A stretch of 64,000 nt of DNA, taken from Terrimicrobiaceae bacterium (lineage in GTDB: Bacteria; Verrucomicrobiota; Verrucomicrobiia; Chthoniobacterales; Terrimicrobiaceae). Under the pieces are notes generated by a model, which saw only the letters and a list, made by a program, of their open reading frames with translations, was not told the origin of the DNA and did no database searches. The translations under genes were made by a program, and so were the position numbers. This document shows, one piece after another, positions 27,549 to 36,633 of the stretch (its first letter is position 1; every line of letters begins with the position of its first letter). The DNA lies in NCBI GenBank assembly GCA_041752695.1, contig JBGSVZ010000098.1, positions 1-64,000 on the forward strand. Direction: 5' to 3'.

Positions 27549-29192
27549 ATGAGCATCACCCGTTCTCCTTCCGGCCTCGCGGGAAAGCTGGGCGTGAGTT
27601 TCTTTTTTGGGGTATTCCTCGCGATGGGACTATTTTTCCTGGGTTTGATGGTTCGCGAGGTTGCGCAAATCGCGGTTACCTATTCGTGGAAGGAGACGAC
27701 CGCTACCATCCTGTCCAGCTCCGTCGGGGAAAAGCCGGGAAAGGACGATCCCTTTTCCCCGATAGTGAGTTTCCGCTATCAATGGGAGGGGCGGGCATAC
27801 ACGTCGGATCGCTATGCGTTTAAACCCAAAAGGATGGACGATTACAGTGCCGTTGAGGCGAAGATCTCCGCCTTGTCTCCCGGTACCGTGACGGTGTGTT
27901 ACGTCAATCCCCGGGATCCGGCCACGGCCATCCTCCGGCGGGAAGGGTGGGGGATCGCGTTTTTCATCCTGCTGCCCCTCGTCTTTGTGGTGGTGGGAGG
28001 CGGCGGGATCTACGGGACATGGGCGGCGGCGCGGAGGGCAAAATCAGAGCCGCTGAGTTCTCCCAAGGGCTCGGGTTTGGGGCGGGGCGGGACTTTGCTT
28101 TTCGGCGGCGTCTTCGTCGCGGTCGGTGCCGGGCTATTAGTCTTTTGGTTTCTCCCGGCGGCGGCTAAATCTTTGGCTTCCACCAGATGGACCGAGACTC
28201 CCTGCACGGTGATCTCGAGCCGGGTGAAAAGTCACTCTGACAGTGACGGCACTACTTATAGCGTCGACATTTTCTACCGCTACACCGTGAATGGGCGCGA
28301 GTATAAATCCAATCGCTACGCCTCCCTCGGGGGCTCCTCCAGTGGATACAAAGGGAAAGCGGCTGCCGTGGAAAAGTATCCCGCCGGTTCCCAACGGATT
28401 TGCTACGTCAATCCCGACGACCCGACTGACGTTCTGCTCAAACCCGGCGTGGGGTGGGAGCTGCTTTTCGGATTGATCCCCACGGCGTTCATGGCCGCGG
28501 GTGCCGGCGTGATGTGGGCGTCGCGGCGGGCGCCGAAACGCGTGACCCGCGTGAGCGGTGCGCTCCCTGCCGCTTCCGTCACGGAATCCGGGCCCTTGAA
28601 ATCCCGGGCCTCACCGCTGGCCAGACTGTTTGGCATCACAATTTTTGCCGTCATCTGGAACGGTCTGGTGGGGGTTTTTCTTTGGAACCTGTCTGACGGA
28701 TTTCAACGGCTCCCAGGGGTGTTTTTCCTCATCTTCTTCCTTCCTTTTGCCCTTATCGGATTGGGTGCCCTGGCGGGTGTCGTCTATTGCCTGCTGGCGC
28801 TCACAAACCCCCGTTGTCGCCTGCAGATATCGTCCTCCGTACTCCATCCGGGCGAATCGCTGGAAGTGTCGTGGACCCTGGCGGGATCGGTCCATCGCCT
28901 GCAGCGGCTGCGGATTTTTCTCGAAGGCCGCGAAGAAGCCACCTACCGGCGGGGAACTTCCAGTTATACGGATCGCCATGTTTTTGCCCGCCTGTCGCTC
29001 GCCGAACTCTCGAACAGCCTGGAAATGGCCCAGGGGGAGGTGAACCGCCGGCTGCCCGGTGAACTGCCCCCGAGTTTCGCGGCCACCAGCAACAAAATTA
29101 TCTGGACCCTCAAGGTCCACGGCGAAATTGCCAACTGGCCGGACGTCAACGAGGAATACGAGATCACCGTGGAATCAGGAATCGTAAAATGA
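27549..29192 (+). CDS. Membrane protein with two DUF3592-like domains and a C-terminal beta-sandwich
   Basis: Duplicated W..T..TI.SS.V...Y.Y...GR.Y.S.RY...CYVNP.DP module. Confidence 0.8.
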   Translation: MSITRSPSGLAGKLGVSFFFGVFLAMGLFFLGLMVREVAQIAVTYSWKETTATILSSSVGEKPGKDDPFSPIVSFRYQWEGRAYTSDRYAFKPKRMDDYSAVEAKISALSPGTVTVCYVNPRDPATAILRREGWGIAFFILLPLVFVVVGGGGIYGTWAAARRAKSEPLSSPKGSGLGRGGTLLFGGVFVAVGAGLLVFWFLPAAAKSLASTRWTETPCTVISSRVKSHSDSDGTTYSVDIFYRYTVNGREYKSNRYASLGGSSSGYKGKAAAVEKYPAGSQRICYVNPDDPTDVLLKPGVGWELLFGLIPTAFMAAGAGVMWASRRAPKRVTRVSGALPAASVTESGPLKSRASPLARLFGITIFAVIWNGLVGVFLWNLSDGFQRLPGVFFLIFFLPFALIGLGALAGVVYCLLALTNPRCRLQISSSVLHPGESLEVSWTLAGSVHRLQRLRIFLEGREEATYRRGTSSYTDRHVFARLSLAELSNSLEMAQGEVNRRLPGELPPSFAATSNKIIWTLKVHGEIANWPDVNEEYEITVESGIVK

Positions 29193-29599
29193 CCGCACAA
29201 ATTCTACCCGAACACCCCTTCTACCAGCCCGGCGCGGAGATCAAGGGTCGCGTTTCCTGGACGTCCGAGGTCGCGCCCCGCTTGGCGGAACTCCGTCTGT
29301 TTTGGTTCACCAAGGGAAAGGGTGACCGCGATGCGGAAACTGCGGAAGCCGCCACCTTCGACCTCCCGCAGTCTTCCGACTCGCGGGAATTCCGGTTCCG
29401 GGCCCCGGAGTTCCCGCCGGGATTTTCGGGCCGACTCATCTCGCTCATCTGGGCACTGGAGCTTGTCCTGGAGCCCGGTGGGTCGGTGCTCACCGAATTG
29501 GTGATCGGACCGGAAGGTCGCGAACTGCAGATCGACTGTCCCGATTGGCTCGAAGTGCCGGAGCCAGCGAAGTCGTCGTGGTTCGGGTTTAACCGATGA
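29189..29599 (+). CDS. Hypothetical beta-sandwich protein
   Basis: 136 aa, ATGA overlaps on both sides. Confidence 0.75.
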   Translation: MTAQILPEHPFYQPGAEIKGRVSWTSEVAPRLAELRLFWFTKGKGDRDAETAEAATFDLPQSSDSREFRFRAPEFPPGFSGRLISLIWALELVLEPGGSVLTELVIGPEGRELQIDCPDWLEVPEPAKSSWFGFNR

Positions 29600-30150
29600 A
29601 GGCTCGCGACAATCCTTTCCGCAGCGAATGCGTGGACGCGCTGGCCTATCGCGCGCCCGGTTTTGACTGGCAGGCTCTCGAACTCCGCCTCGCGGCGGCG
29701 GGAGGGCGGGGGGCAATCGTGGGGCCGGAAGGTCATGGAAAAACGACCCTTCTGCTCGACTGGGTGAAGCGCCGCCGGGACGAAGGGGCGGAGGTTATAT
29801 TTATCAAGCTCGCCACAAACCAGCGCCGACTCACCGCACCGCAACGTGAACTCCTCGCCACGACCGGCTTCGTCTTTGTCGATAGCGCCGAGCAACTCGG
29901 CTGGCTGGGTAGGCGCGAACTTCTCCGCCTGACCGCGCGGGCTTCCGGGCTGGTCGTCACCACCCATCGTCCGGGCTGTCTGCCGACGGTTTTTACCTGC
30001 CCGTCCAGCCCGCAATTGCTGGATGAACTCGTGCGGGAACTGACGGGAGACGACACCGACTGCGCCAGTTCCTGGTATCGCCACAGAGGCAATGTGCGAC
30101 TGGCTTTGCGGGAGTTTTACGACCAAAACGCGGCCAAAGGAAATGCCTAA
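29596..30150 (+). CDS. Small P-loop ATPase
   Basis: NPF motif, Walker A GPEGHGKT, Walker B-like FVFVDSAE. Confidence 0.75.
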   Translation: MKARDNPFRSECVDALAYRAPGFDWQALELRLAAAGGRGAIVGPEGHGKTTLLLDWVKRRRDEGAEVIFIKLATNQRRLTAPQRELLATTGFVFVDSAEQLGWLGRRELLRLTARASGLVVTTHRPGCLPTVFTCPSSPQLLDELVRELTGDDTDCASSWYRHRGNVRLALREFYDQNAAKGNA

Positions 30151-30842
30151 GAACGGACAACGTGGTCGCGACGATCCGACGAAAACCGAAACTCCCTGAT
30201 CCGCTCAAACCAGGTCGCCAGCGCGGCGAACCCCACTGGTAGGCGGTTGTAGTTGCCATAGGTAAGATTGCCGAGAATGCCAAACAGGGCAAAATCCGCA
30301 TAGAGCGGTGCCTCCCCGAAAAGGAACGGGCGATGTTGCAAAGTCAGCTCATAAGGTTCGAGCAAGGCGCGGGCGGCACTCTCCAGTTCCCCGCGATTGT
30401 CCGCCCAGGCCTTGACGCAACCCCGGCCGAATTTGCGCTCCTTGTGTCGGACGATCATGGTGCGCTCCAGAGTGCTTTCAAGCGCTGCAAGGTAGGGTGG
30501 ATCAACCAGGCGGAAGGTGACACTCTCCACCTCGTCCTCCAGGTGGGCAATCACCAGGCGCTGCAGGCCTTCGTGCTCCACGGGAAACAGACGCCCGGCG
30601 CCGAAGTTTTTGTCCACGTAGCGGGCAATATCCAGCGATTCCGCGGAGGATTCAAAGATCACGCGGCCGTCATGGACGACGACCGGAACTTGATAGTACG
30701 CGCCATTGGTCAGCTCAATGATCTCGCGGCGATCCGCATTGGAGACATTGCGCGTGGCAAACTGCACATCCAGCGCCTCCAGCGCGCGAGTGATGGGCAG
30801 GCAATACGGGCTGTGGGCAAATTGATAGACAGTGAGGCTCAT
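30147..30842 (-). CDS. Glutathione S-transferase family protein
   Basis: SPYC, QVPV..GRVIFES, FLFGEAPLYADF. Confidence 0.85.
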   Translation of the reverse strand: MSLTVYQFAHSPYCLPITRALEALDVQFATRNVSNADRREIIELTNGAYYQVPVVVHDGRVIFESSAESLDIARYVDKNFGAGRLFPVEHEGLQRLVIAHLEDEVESVTFRLVDPPYLAALESTLERTMIVRHKERKFGRGCVKAWADNRGELESAARALLEPYELTLQHRPFLFGEAPLYADFALFGILGNLTYGNYNRLPVGFAALATWFERIREFRFSSDRRDHVVRS

Positions 30843-30938
30843 GGACGGAAATTTCGAAAGACAGGCCGAACGACAGAAAGGTTTCCACAGAAGTTCACAA
30901 AGGTAACGAAGATTCCGGGTGGGTGGGGGAACTTTGCC

Positions 30939-31907
30939 TCAATTGCCATCCGCGCACACATCCCCGAGAAATTCCACCGCGCGTTGCTCCGACCAGTATT
31001 CCTTCTGCGAATTGAAGGAAACAAACCCCACATGGCCGCCGCAGGCCGGCGTTTCGAGGAAAAACGACCGACTCGCCCGCGCCTCCTCCACGGGGAAACA
31101 GGCCGGCGGTAAGAACGGGTCGTCCAACGCGTTGACCAACAGCGTCGGCACGGTGATGCGCGCCAGCGCCGGTTTGCTGCTGGCGCGGGTCCAATAATCC
31201 TCCGCGCTGGCAAATCCGTTCATCGGCGCGGTGTAGGCCCCGTCGAATTCCCGGAACGTCCGCATCGCATTGAGTCCGGCATCGTCGAGGCGGCCAGGGA
31301 AGCGGACCATTTTTTCGCGCACTTTTCCACGGAGGCTGCGCAAAAACCGCCGCATATAGATTCGATTGAAAAAACTCTCCAACTGAGACGCGCTGGATGC
31401 GAGGTCGCAGGGTACGGAAAATGCCACCGCTCCCGCCACCCGAGGATCAAGGCCAGGTTCGCCCAGGGATTTCAAGGTCATGTTCCCACCCAGACTGAAG
31501 CCCACTAAAGCCACCCGCGCGTAGCGGGCTGGCACCTGGGCAATCACTTCCGCCAAATCCTCCGCGGCGCCACTGTGATACGAACGCAGCAGATGGTTGG
31601 GCTCGCCGCTGCAGCCGCGAAAATTCCAGGCCAACACGTCCCATCCCGCCCGCACCAAGGCCCGCGCCATACCCTGGATATACGTGTTCGTCGCGTCGCC
31701 CTCCAGTCCGTGCGAGAGGATCGCGAGGCGGGTGCGGTTCGCCTCCGTGTGCCAGTCGAGATCGAGGAAATCCCCGTCCTTCGTCGTGAGACGTTCGCGT
31801 TGCCGGGTGATCAACGGCACTTGACGGAACAGGGCGGGAAAGATCGTTTGTACGTGCCCATTGCCGAACCCGAGCGGCGCGCGGTAGGTGGAATCAAGCC
31901 GCGGCAT
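30939..31907 (-). CDS. YheT-like alpha/beta hydrolase
   Basis: HVQTI, HGLEG, GFSLGG, NALDDPF, GGHVGF. Confidence 0.9.
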   Translation of the reverse strand: MPRLDSTYRAPLGFGNGHVQTIFPALFRQVPLITRQRERLTTKDGDFLDLDWHTEANRTRLAILSHGLEGDATNTYIQGMARALVRAGWDVLAWNFRGCSGEPNHLLRSYHSGAAEDLAEVIAQVPARYARVALVGFSLGGNMTLKSLGEPGLDPRVAGAVAFSVPCDLASSASQLESFFNRIYMRRFLRSLRGKVREKMVRFPGRLDDAGLNAMRTFREFDGAYTAPMNGFASAEDYWTRASSKPALARITVPTLLVNALDDPFLPPACFPVEEARASRSFFLETPACGGHVGFVSFNSQKEYWSEQRAVEFLGDVCADGN

Positions 31908-32409
31908 GGTCCACCCGAAAGTCCCGTGTCAGCAACTCCTCCAGTTGTTGCATCGCCTCAGTCAGCGCGTCGCGCACGGCAGAGGTTTCCGCATCAAGCG
32001 GCGGAGTAAATACCGTTTCATATCGCGCCGCGAGCGCCTTGTGGTCCCGGGTATCGCCGGCCGCTTCGAGCAACAGGCGCACGCGATCGTTACGTTCCCG
32101 CGCCTCGGCGATCTTTGCCAACACCTCCCCCTCGGTGATCTCCCCGGCCTCCCAGCGGAGAAGTTGACGGCAAACAAACAGCCGGCACCGCGCCGGACGG
32201 TCATCATAAACCGAACAACCCGATCCCGTGTGTCCGGCGCAAGGCTGAAGAAGGTGTGGGCCGTCCGCACGGCGTTTGATCTTGAGCCCGAGGGCGTCCA
32301 ATTGCCGCGCGGAATCCCCGGACTGCAGTCGCACGCTGAAAAACAACACCCCATTGCAACACATGCCGCACGCGGCACAGAGGCGGGAGGCGGTTTCCGA
32401 ATTCGACAT
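31894..32409 (-). CDS. YkgJ-like CxxCxxCC protein
   Basis: CAACGMCC..QPC..CSVYDDRPARC. Confidence 0.85.
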   Translation of the reverse strand: MSNSETASRLCAACGMCCNGVLFFSVRLQSGDSARQLDALGLKIKRRADGPHLLQPCAGHTGSGCSVYDDRPARCRLFVCRQLLRWEAGEITEGEVLAKIAEARERNDRVRLLLEAAGDTRDHKALAARYETVFTPPLDAETSAVRDALTEAMQQLEELLTRDFRVDHAAA

Positions 32410-32470
32410 CGTGCAAAGAGGATGGGGGAATTCTGCCGGGAGACGAGCAAATCCTCCTGCGAGTGGCGGT

Positions 32471-33166
32471 TCAGGTTTCCAGTCGATAACCCAGGCCGTG
32501 AACCGTGAGCAAGTGCCGCGGCGAGGCGGGTTCTTCCTCGATTTTTTGGCGGATCTTGACGATCACCTGGTCGAGGGTCCGCGTGGTGCCGTAATATTCG
32601 ATGCCCCACACCTCGTTGAGGATCTTGTCGCGCGAAAGGGCGTTGCCCCGTTCCCGATGGAGAAGGACCAGGACGGCCAGTTCGCGTGGGGTCAGTTCGA
32701 AGGTTACCGCGGCCCGACGCCCACGCAGGGCGGGCACGTCAATTTCGACGGTACCGAAACGGATCACGTCCGGCGGAGGTGCCCCGCCGTCACGTTCCGT
32801 TTGGGTGCGGCGCAGCAAGGCGTGGACGCGGGCAACGAGTTCGCGCACGCCAAAGGGTTTGCTAACATAGTCGTCGGCCCCGAGTTCCAGGCCGATGACT
32901 TTGTCCGCTTCCTGGCCCTTGGCGGTCAGCATCAGGATGGGAACGGAGTTTTTGGCCGCGCGCAATTCCCGGCAAATGTCGTAACCGCTCTTGCGGGGCA
33001 ACATCACATCGAGAATGACGAGATCGGGTTGCTCCTGCCGAATCAACGCGAGGGCCTGCGCGCCGTCGCGGCTCTCGGAGACTTCGTAACCTTCGCCGGT
33101 CAAGGTTTCGACCAGGCCGAGGCGGATATGGGGATCGTCTTCGACGACGAGGATGCGTCTGCTCAT
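32471..33166 (-). CDS. OmpR-family response regulator
   Basis: VVEDD, LDVMLP, GADDYVSKPF, winged-helix tail TVHGLGYR. Confidence 0.95.
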   Translation of the reverse strand: MSRRILVVEDDPHIRLGLVETLTGEGYEVSESRDGAQALALIRQEQPDLVILDVMLPRKSGYDICRELRAAKNSVPILMLTAKGQEADKVIGLELGADDYVSKPFGVRELVARVHALLRRTQTERDGGAPPPDVIRFGTVEIDVPALRGRRAAVTFELTPRELAVLVLLHRERGNALSRDKILNEVWGIEYYGTTRTLDQVIVKIRQKIEEEPASPRHLLTVHGLGYRLET

Positions 33167-34953
33167 GGATGGACGGGTGGGCGATGGGGGATTTTTAAGG
33201 CGAAGATGGTTCCGCCGCCTTCACGGATTCGGCAGGTCACCTCGCCACCATGGTCTCGGGCGATTCGGCGTGCCAGGGTGAGCCCGAGACCCGAGCCCTG
33301 CACGCCACTCGATAACGAGTCATCGGCGCGGAAAAAAGCGTCGAAAATCTTCTCCTCGAGTCCGCGGGGAACCCCAGGCCCCCGATCAAGGATCTCGGCC
33401 ACGAACCAATCGTCTTTCATGGCGGTGGTGAGGGTGATCTCACGGCGGCGGGTGGCGTATTTTTCGGCGTTGGAGATCAGGTTCACCAAGACCTGGGAAA
33501 CGGCATCGGCGTCGCAGACCATGGCGTACGGGCCGGGAGCGCCTTCCCACTCCACCGCAAAGCCCGCCTCGCGCAGGCGGCCGCCCTCGGACTCCCAGAT
33601 CCGCTCGACCACCGGATGCAAATCGACCTCGCGCATTTCGTAAATTTTCCGGTTTTTCTCCAGACGGGCGAAATCGAGGACGTTGTTGACCAACCGCGTG
33701 AGGCGTTCGCTTTCCCCGGAAATAATGCGCAGGTACCGCTCGCGTTTTTCCGGCTCCTGCACCCGGCCTTCAGCGAGGAGGTCGGCAAACATGCGGATGG
33801 AGGTGAGGGGAGTTTTTAATTCGTGCGAGACGTTGGAGACGAAGTCCGTTTTTTTCTGCGCGAGGGCGAGTTGACGCCGGGTGTCGGCCGCCACAAAATA
33901 CCCCCCTGCCAGAATCGCGGCGAGGGCCAGGGCGATGAGGAGTACCAGCGTCACTGTGACCAAACGGGCAGAATCGGTGAGCTGGCCGGGGTTGGCCAGA
34001 TACAATGCGACCTCCCAGTGGGGCAGGACCTCGCCGATCTCGGTAGCGACAAACGGACGTTTCCAATCCGCGTCGAACCCAGCGGGTTGGCGCGCGATGG
34101 GGCGGGTCTTGTCGTTGAGTATGGCGATGTGAGACGGGGAAACGGAGGAAGCGGCGGGCAGCGCGGCGGCGGCAATTTGGTTGAGTTGCTCGGGGCCCAG
34201 CATCAAGCCGAAAAGCCAGTTTTCCTTGGGTTCCGGCCGTGTCCAGAAAAGCACCTGGAGGTCATCCTGCACGAACCGGGCGAGGATGCCCTGGGCCGCG
34301 CCTTGCACGGCATTCTGGAAGTTGGAAAGCTCCGGCGCAAGCTTCGAGGGTAGGATGCTCGGTGCCGCGGCGGCTTCGGCTTTTTGCGGATAGATGGTCC
34401 GGTTCAGTTGCTGGTCGGCTTTGTCGGCGAATTCTTTTGCGGCAACTCTGCCGGACTTCGCCATCGCTCCGGGTTTGGCTTCCGCTTGCCGGTTTTTCAT
34501 TTCTTCCCTGGCGGCCGGTAGTTGCTGGCTGCTGTAGACTTCCGCTTCGAATTTGTTGCTGAGAAAGAGGCTGTTGTCGCGGAGGAAGGCGGAGGTGGCT
34601 TCGTCGTTTAGGTCCTTGTTGAGGGGAAAGGCAAGCCTGCCGTCCGGCGCGATGGCAAAGGGAATGCCCCCGTCGGTCCAAGATTCGGTGAGCCGGCCGG
34701 CGTAGTTTTCCGCGAGGGCGGGAGCGCCGCGCTCGGCCACAAGGGTGCGGACGATCTCGATGAAGGCCTGTTGTTTTTCTTCGACCAATGCCCGCACTCC
34801 TTGCGCGATGACATCGGACTCCGCCTGGTGCAAGTCGGCCGCCTGGCGCTCAATCAGCACCCGCTGCTCACCCGCAGTGCGCAAGGCCAGCCAGCCCAGC
34901 ACCAAGCTGGGCACGAAGATCGCTATGAAAAAAATGAAGGCAGACCGTTTCAT
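33163..34953 (-). CDS. Sensor histidine kinase
   Basis: SHELKTPL, NLISNAEKY, DRGPG, GSGLGL. Confidence 0.95.
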   Translation of the reverse strand: MKRSAFIFFIAIFVPSLVLGWLALRTAGEQRVLIERQAADLHQAESDVIAQGVRALVEEKQQAFIEIVRTLVAERGAPALAENYAGRLTESWTDGGIPFAIAPDGRLAFPLNKDLNDEATSAFLRDNSLFLSNKFEAEVYSSQQLPAAREEMKNRQAEAKPGAMAKSGRVAAKEFADKADQQLNRTIYPQKAEAAAAPSILPSKLAPELSNFQNAVQGAAQGILARFVQDDLQVLFWTRPEPKENWLFGLMLGPEQLNQIAAAALPAASSVSPSHIAILNDKTRPIARQPAGFDADWKRPFVATEIGEVLPHWEVALYLANPGQLTDSARLVTVTLVLLIALALAAILAGGYFVAADTRRQLALAQKKTDFVSNVSHELKTPLTSIRMFADLLAEGRVQEPEKRERYLRIISGESERLTRLVNNVLDFARLEKNRKIYEMREVDLHPVVERIWESEGGRLREAGFAVEWEGAPGPYAMVCDADAVSQVLVNLISNAEKYATRRREITLTTAMKDDWFVAEILDRGPGVPRGLEEKIFDAFFRADDSLSSGVQGSGLGLTLARRIARDHGGEVTCRIREGGGTIFALKIPHRPPVHP

Positions 34954-35002
34954 TCCGAAAATCAAAGGAGCACCAAGACGGAAACGATATTCGCGGGCGT
35001 CG

Positions 35003-35058
35003 CGTTGGAGTCCAGCCTTTAGGCTGTGCCGGAACACGCTGAAGCGTGGACTCCAACG
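35003..35058. repeat. Inverted pair of GGAG-type REP-like palindromes
   Basis: CGTTGGAGTCCAGCCTTTAGGCTG .. CACGCTGAAGCGTGGACTCCAACG. Confidence 0.7.
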
Positions 35059-35070
35059 GACCCGCCCCCT

Positions 35071-36387
35071 TCAGCGTTTCTGGTTTTTGTCCTGATAGTT
35101 CTGATACTGGATTTCCTTGCGGCTGGTTTTGCTCAGCGACCCGGAGGCCTTCAATTCCTCAGCCTTCCGCTGCAGCACCTCGTTTTCACTTTTCAGCAGC
35201 GGGCTTTGCGCCGCGGCGGGGAGGGAGGCATTGGCCACGGCTTGGGATTCCAGCAACTGCGCGGCCTCTTGGGATTTTCCGGCATCGGCCAGTTTCACGG
35301 CGCGTTCCTTGGTGAGGCGGTTTTGCGTGATGGCGGAGTTGGCCGCGACATCGGCCTGGATCGAGGCCTCGACCACCTCGGCGTCGGCGCTGCGTTTGAC
35401 GCGGACGGTTTGGTTTTCGGTTTGGGCCTGGCCGGATTCGGCTTCCTCATAAGCGAGGGAGACTTGGGCGAGGTCCAGTTCCGCGGCCTCGCCATCCGGC
35501 GTTTCACACGAGATGAGGAAACGGCGGGTTTGCGAACCGAAAAAATCCGAGAGCGGGATGGTGACTGATTGACCGTTAAACGTGATCTCGTCTTCGCCCA
35601 ACACCCCCTTTGGTTTCACGCCTTCGGGCAGGGTGATCGTCACTTTGACATTGCGGGCTACGACACTTTTCACCGTGCCGAGTTCCTCGGCAAAAATGCC
35701 GGGGAGCTTCTCCACATTTTGCACATAATAATAGTTGGCATGGCTCGCCTCGGCCAAGGCGGTCATGAGGTCCTCGTTGTAGTCATCGCCAAGACCCACG
35801 GTGGAAACGCTCAGTCCATCCTGACGCAGCTCTTTGCCAAACTTGGCGAGGTCGCTGGGTTTTGAGGGCCCTACGTTGGCATTTCCGTCGGAGAGCAGAA
35901 TGATGCGATTCACTTTTTCCTTATCGAAATACTTCCGCAACTGCGCCGCGCCTTTTTCCACCCCGGCGTAGAGCGCCGTGCCACCCCCGTCGCGGATGGC
36001 ATGGATCTTTTCCTTCAGCGTTTCCTTTTCCCGGGCCTTTTGCGGGGCGATGAGGACCTCGGCCTCGTCGTCATAGACAACGACGGAAAAATAGTCGTCA
36101 GGTCCGAGTTGATCGAGGGCAACCGCGGCGGCCTGCCGGGCCTTTTCCAGCTTGGCACCCGCCATGGACCCCGAGCGGTCCAACACGACAGCGAGGTTGA
36201 TCGGGGTCGTGCGTTTCTTGCTGGCTTCTCCAGCCTGCAGTTCGATTTGGACGATGGTCTCGCGTCCGCCCGCCGTGGGAATGACCTCGCGTTCGGGTTT
36301 AACGGAGAGCTGCAGGATAGGACTTCCCTCGGCCGCCGCACAAAAGGCCAGCGCCGAAGCCGTGATCGTGGATAGGATTGTTTTCAC
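35071..36387 (-). CDS. Secreted VWA-domain protein
   Basis: Signal peptide, MIDAS motif DRSGS, GGT, LLSDG. Confidence 0.9.
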   Translation of the reverse strand: MKTILSTITASALAFCAAAEGSPILQLSVKPEREVIPTAGGRETIVQIELQAGEASKKRTTPINLAVVLDRSGSMAGAKLEKARQAAAVALDQLGPDDYFSVVVYDDEAEVLIAPQKAREKETLKEKIHAIRDGGGTALYAGVEKGAAQLRKYFDKEKVNRIILLSDGNANVGPSKPSDLAKFGKELRQDGLSVSTVGLGDDYNEDLMTALAEASHANYYYVQNVEKLPGIFAEELGTVKSVVARNVKVTITLPEGVKPKGVLGEDEITFNGQSVTIPLSDFFGSQTRRFLISCETPDGEAAELDLAQVSLAYEEAESGQAQTENQTVRVKRSADAEVVEASIQADVAANSAITQNRLTKERAVKLADAGKSQEAAQLLESQAVANASLPAAAQSPLLKSENEVLQRKAEELKASGSLSKTSRKEIQYQNYQDKNQKR

Positions 36388-36419
36388 AGCCGCACTCTGG
36401 CGAATTCCCGGGAGGGATG

Positions 36420-36459
36420 TGTCAGAGGGGCGTAAAGATTTTGTAAAAGAATTGTGAGA
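36420..36459. promoter_or_regulatory. Four 11-bp-phased half-sites; putative OmpR-family operator
   Basis: TGTCAGA (36420), CGTAAAG (36431), TGTAAAA (36442), TGTGAGA (36453). Confidence 0.5.
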
Positions 36460-36633
36460 GCCCTCTATGCGGCACTGACGATGGGGATCGAAGCAACATC
36501 AGCCGCTGCGTGGCGGCCTATCGGTAAGAGTCGACGAAGGAGGCGGGAGGATGGAAAGAGTGCACGTATGCACGGACTGACCCCGGAGCGTGAGGCCGAA
36601 ATGCCAATCCCGATCACGCGACCGCGGACGGGA

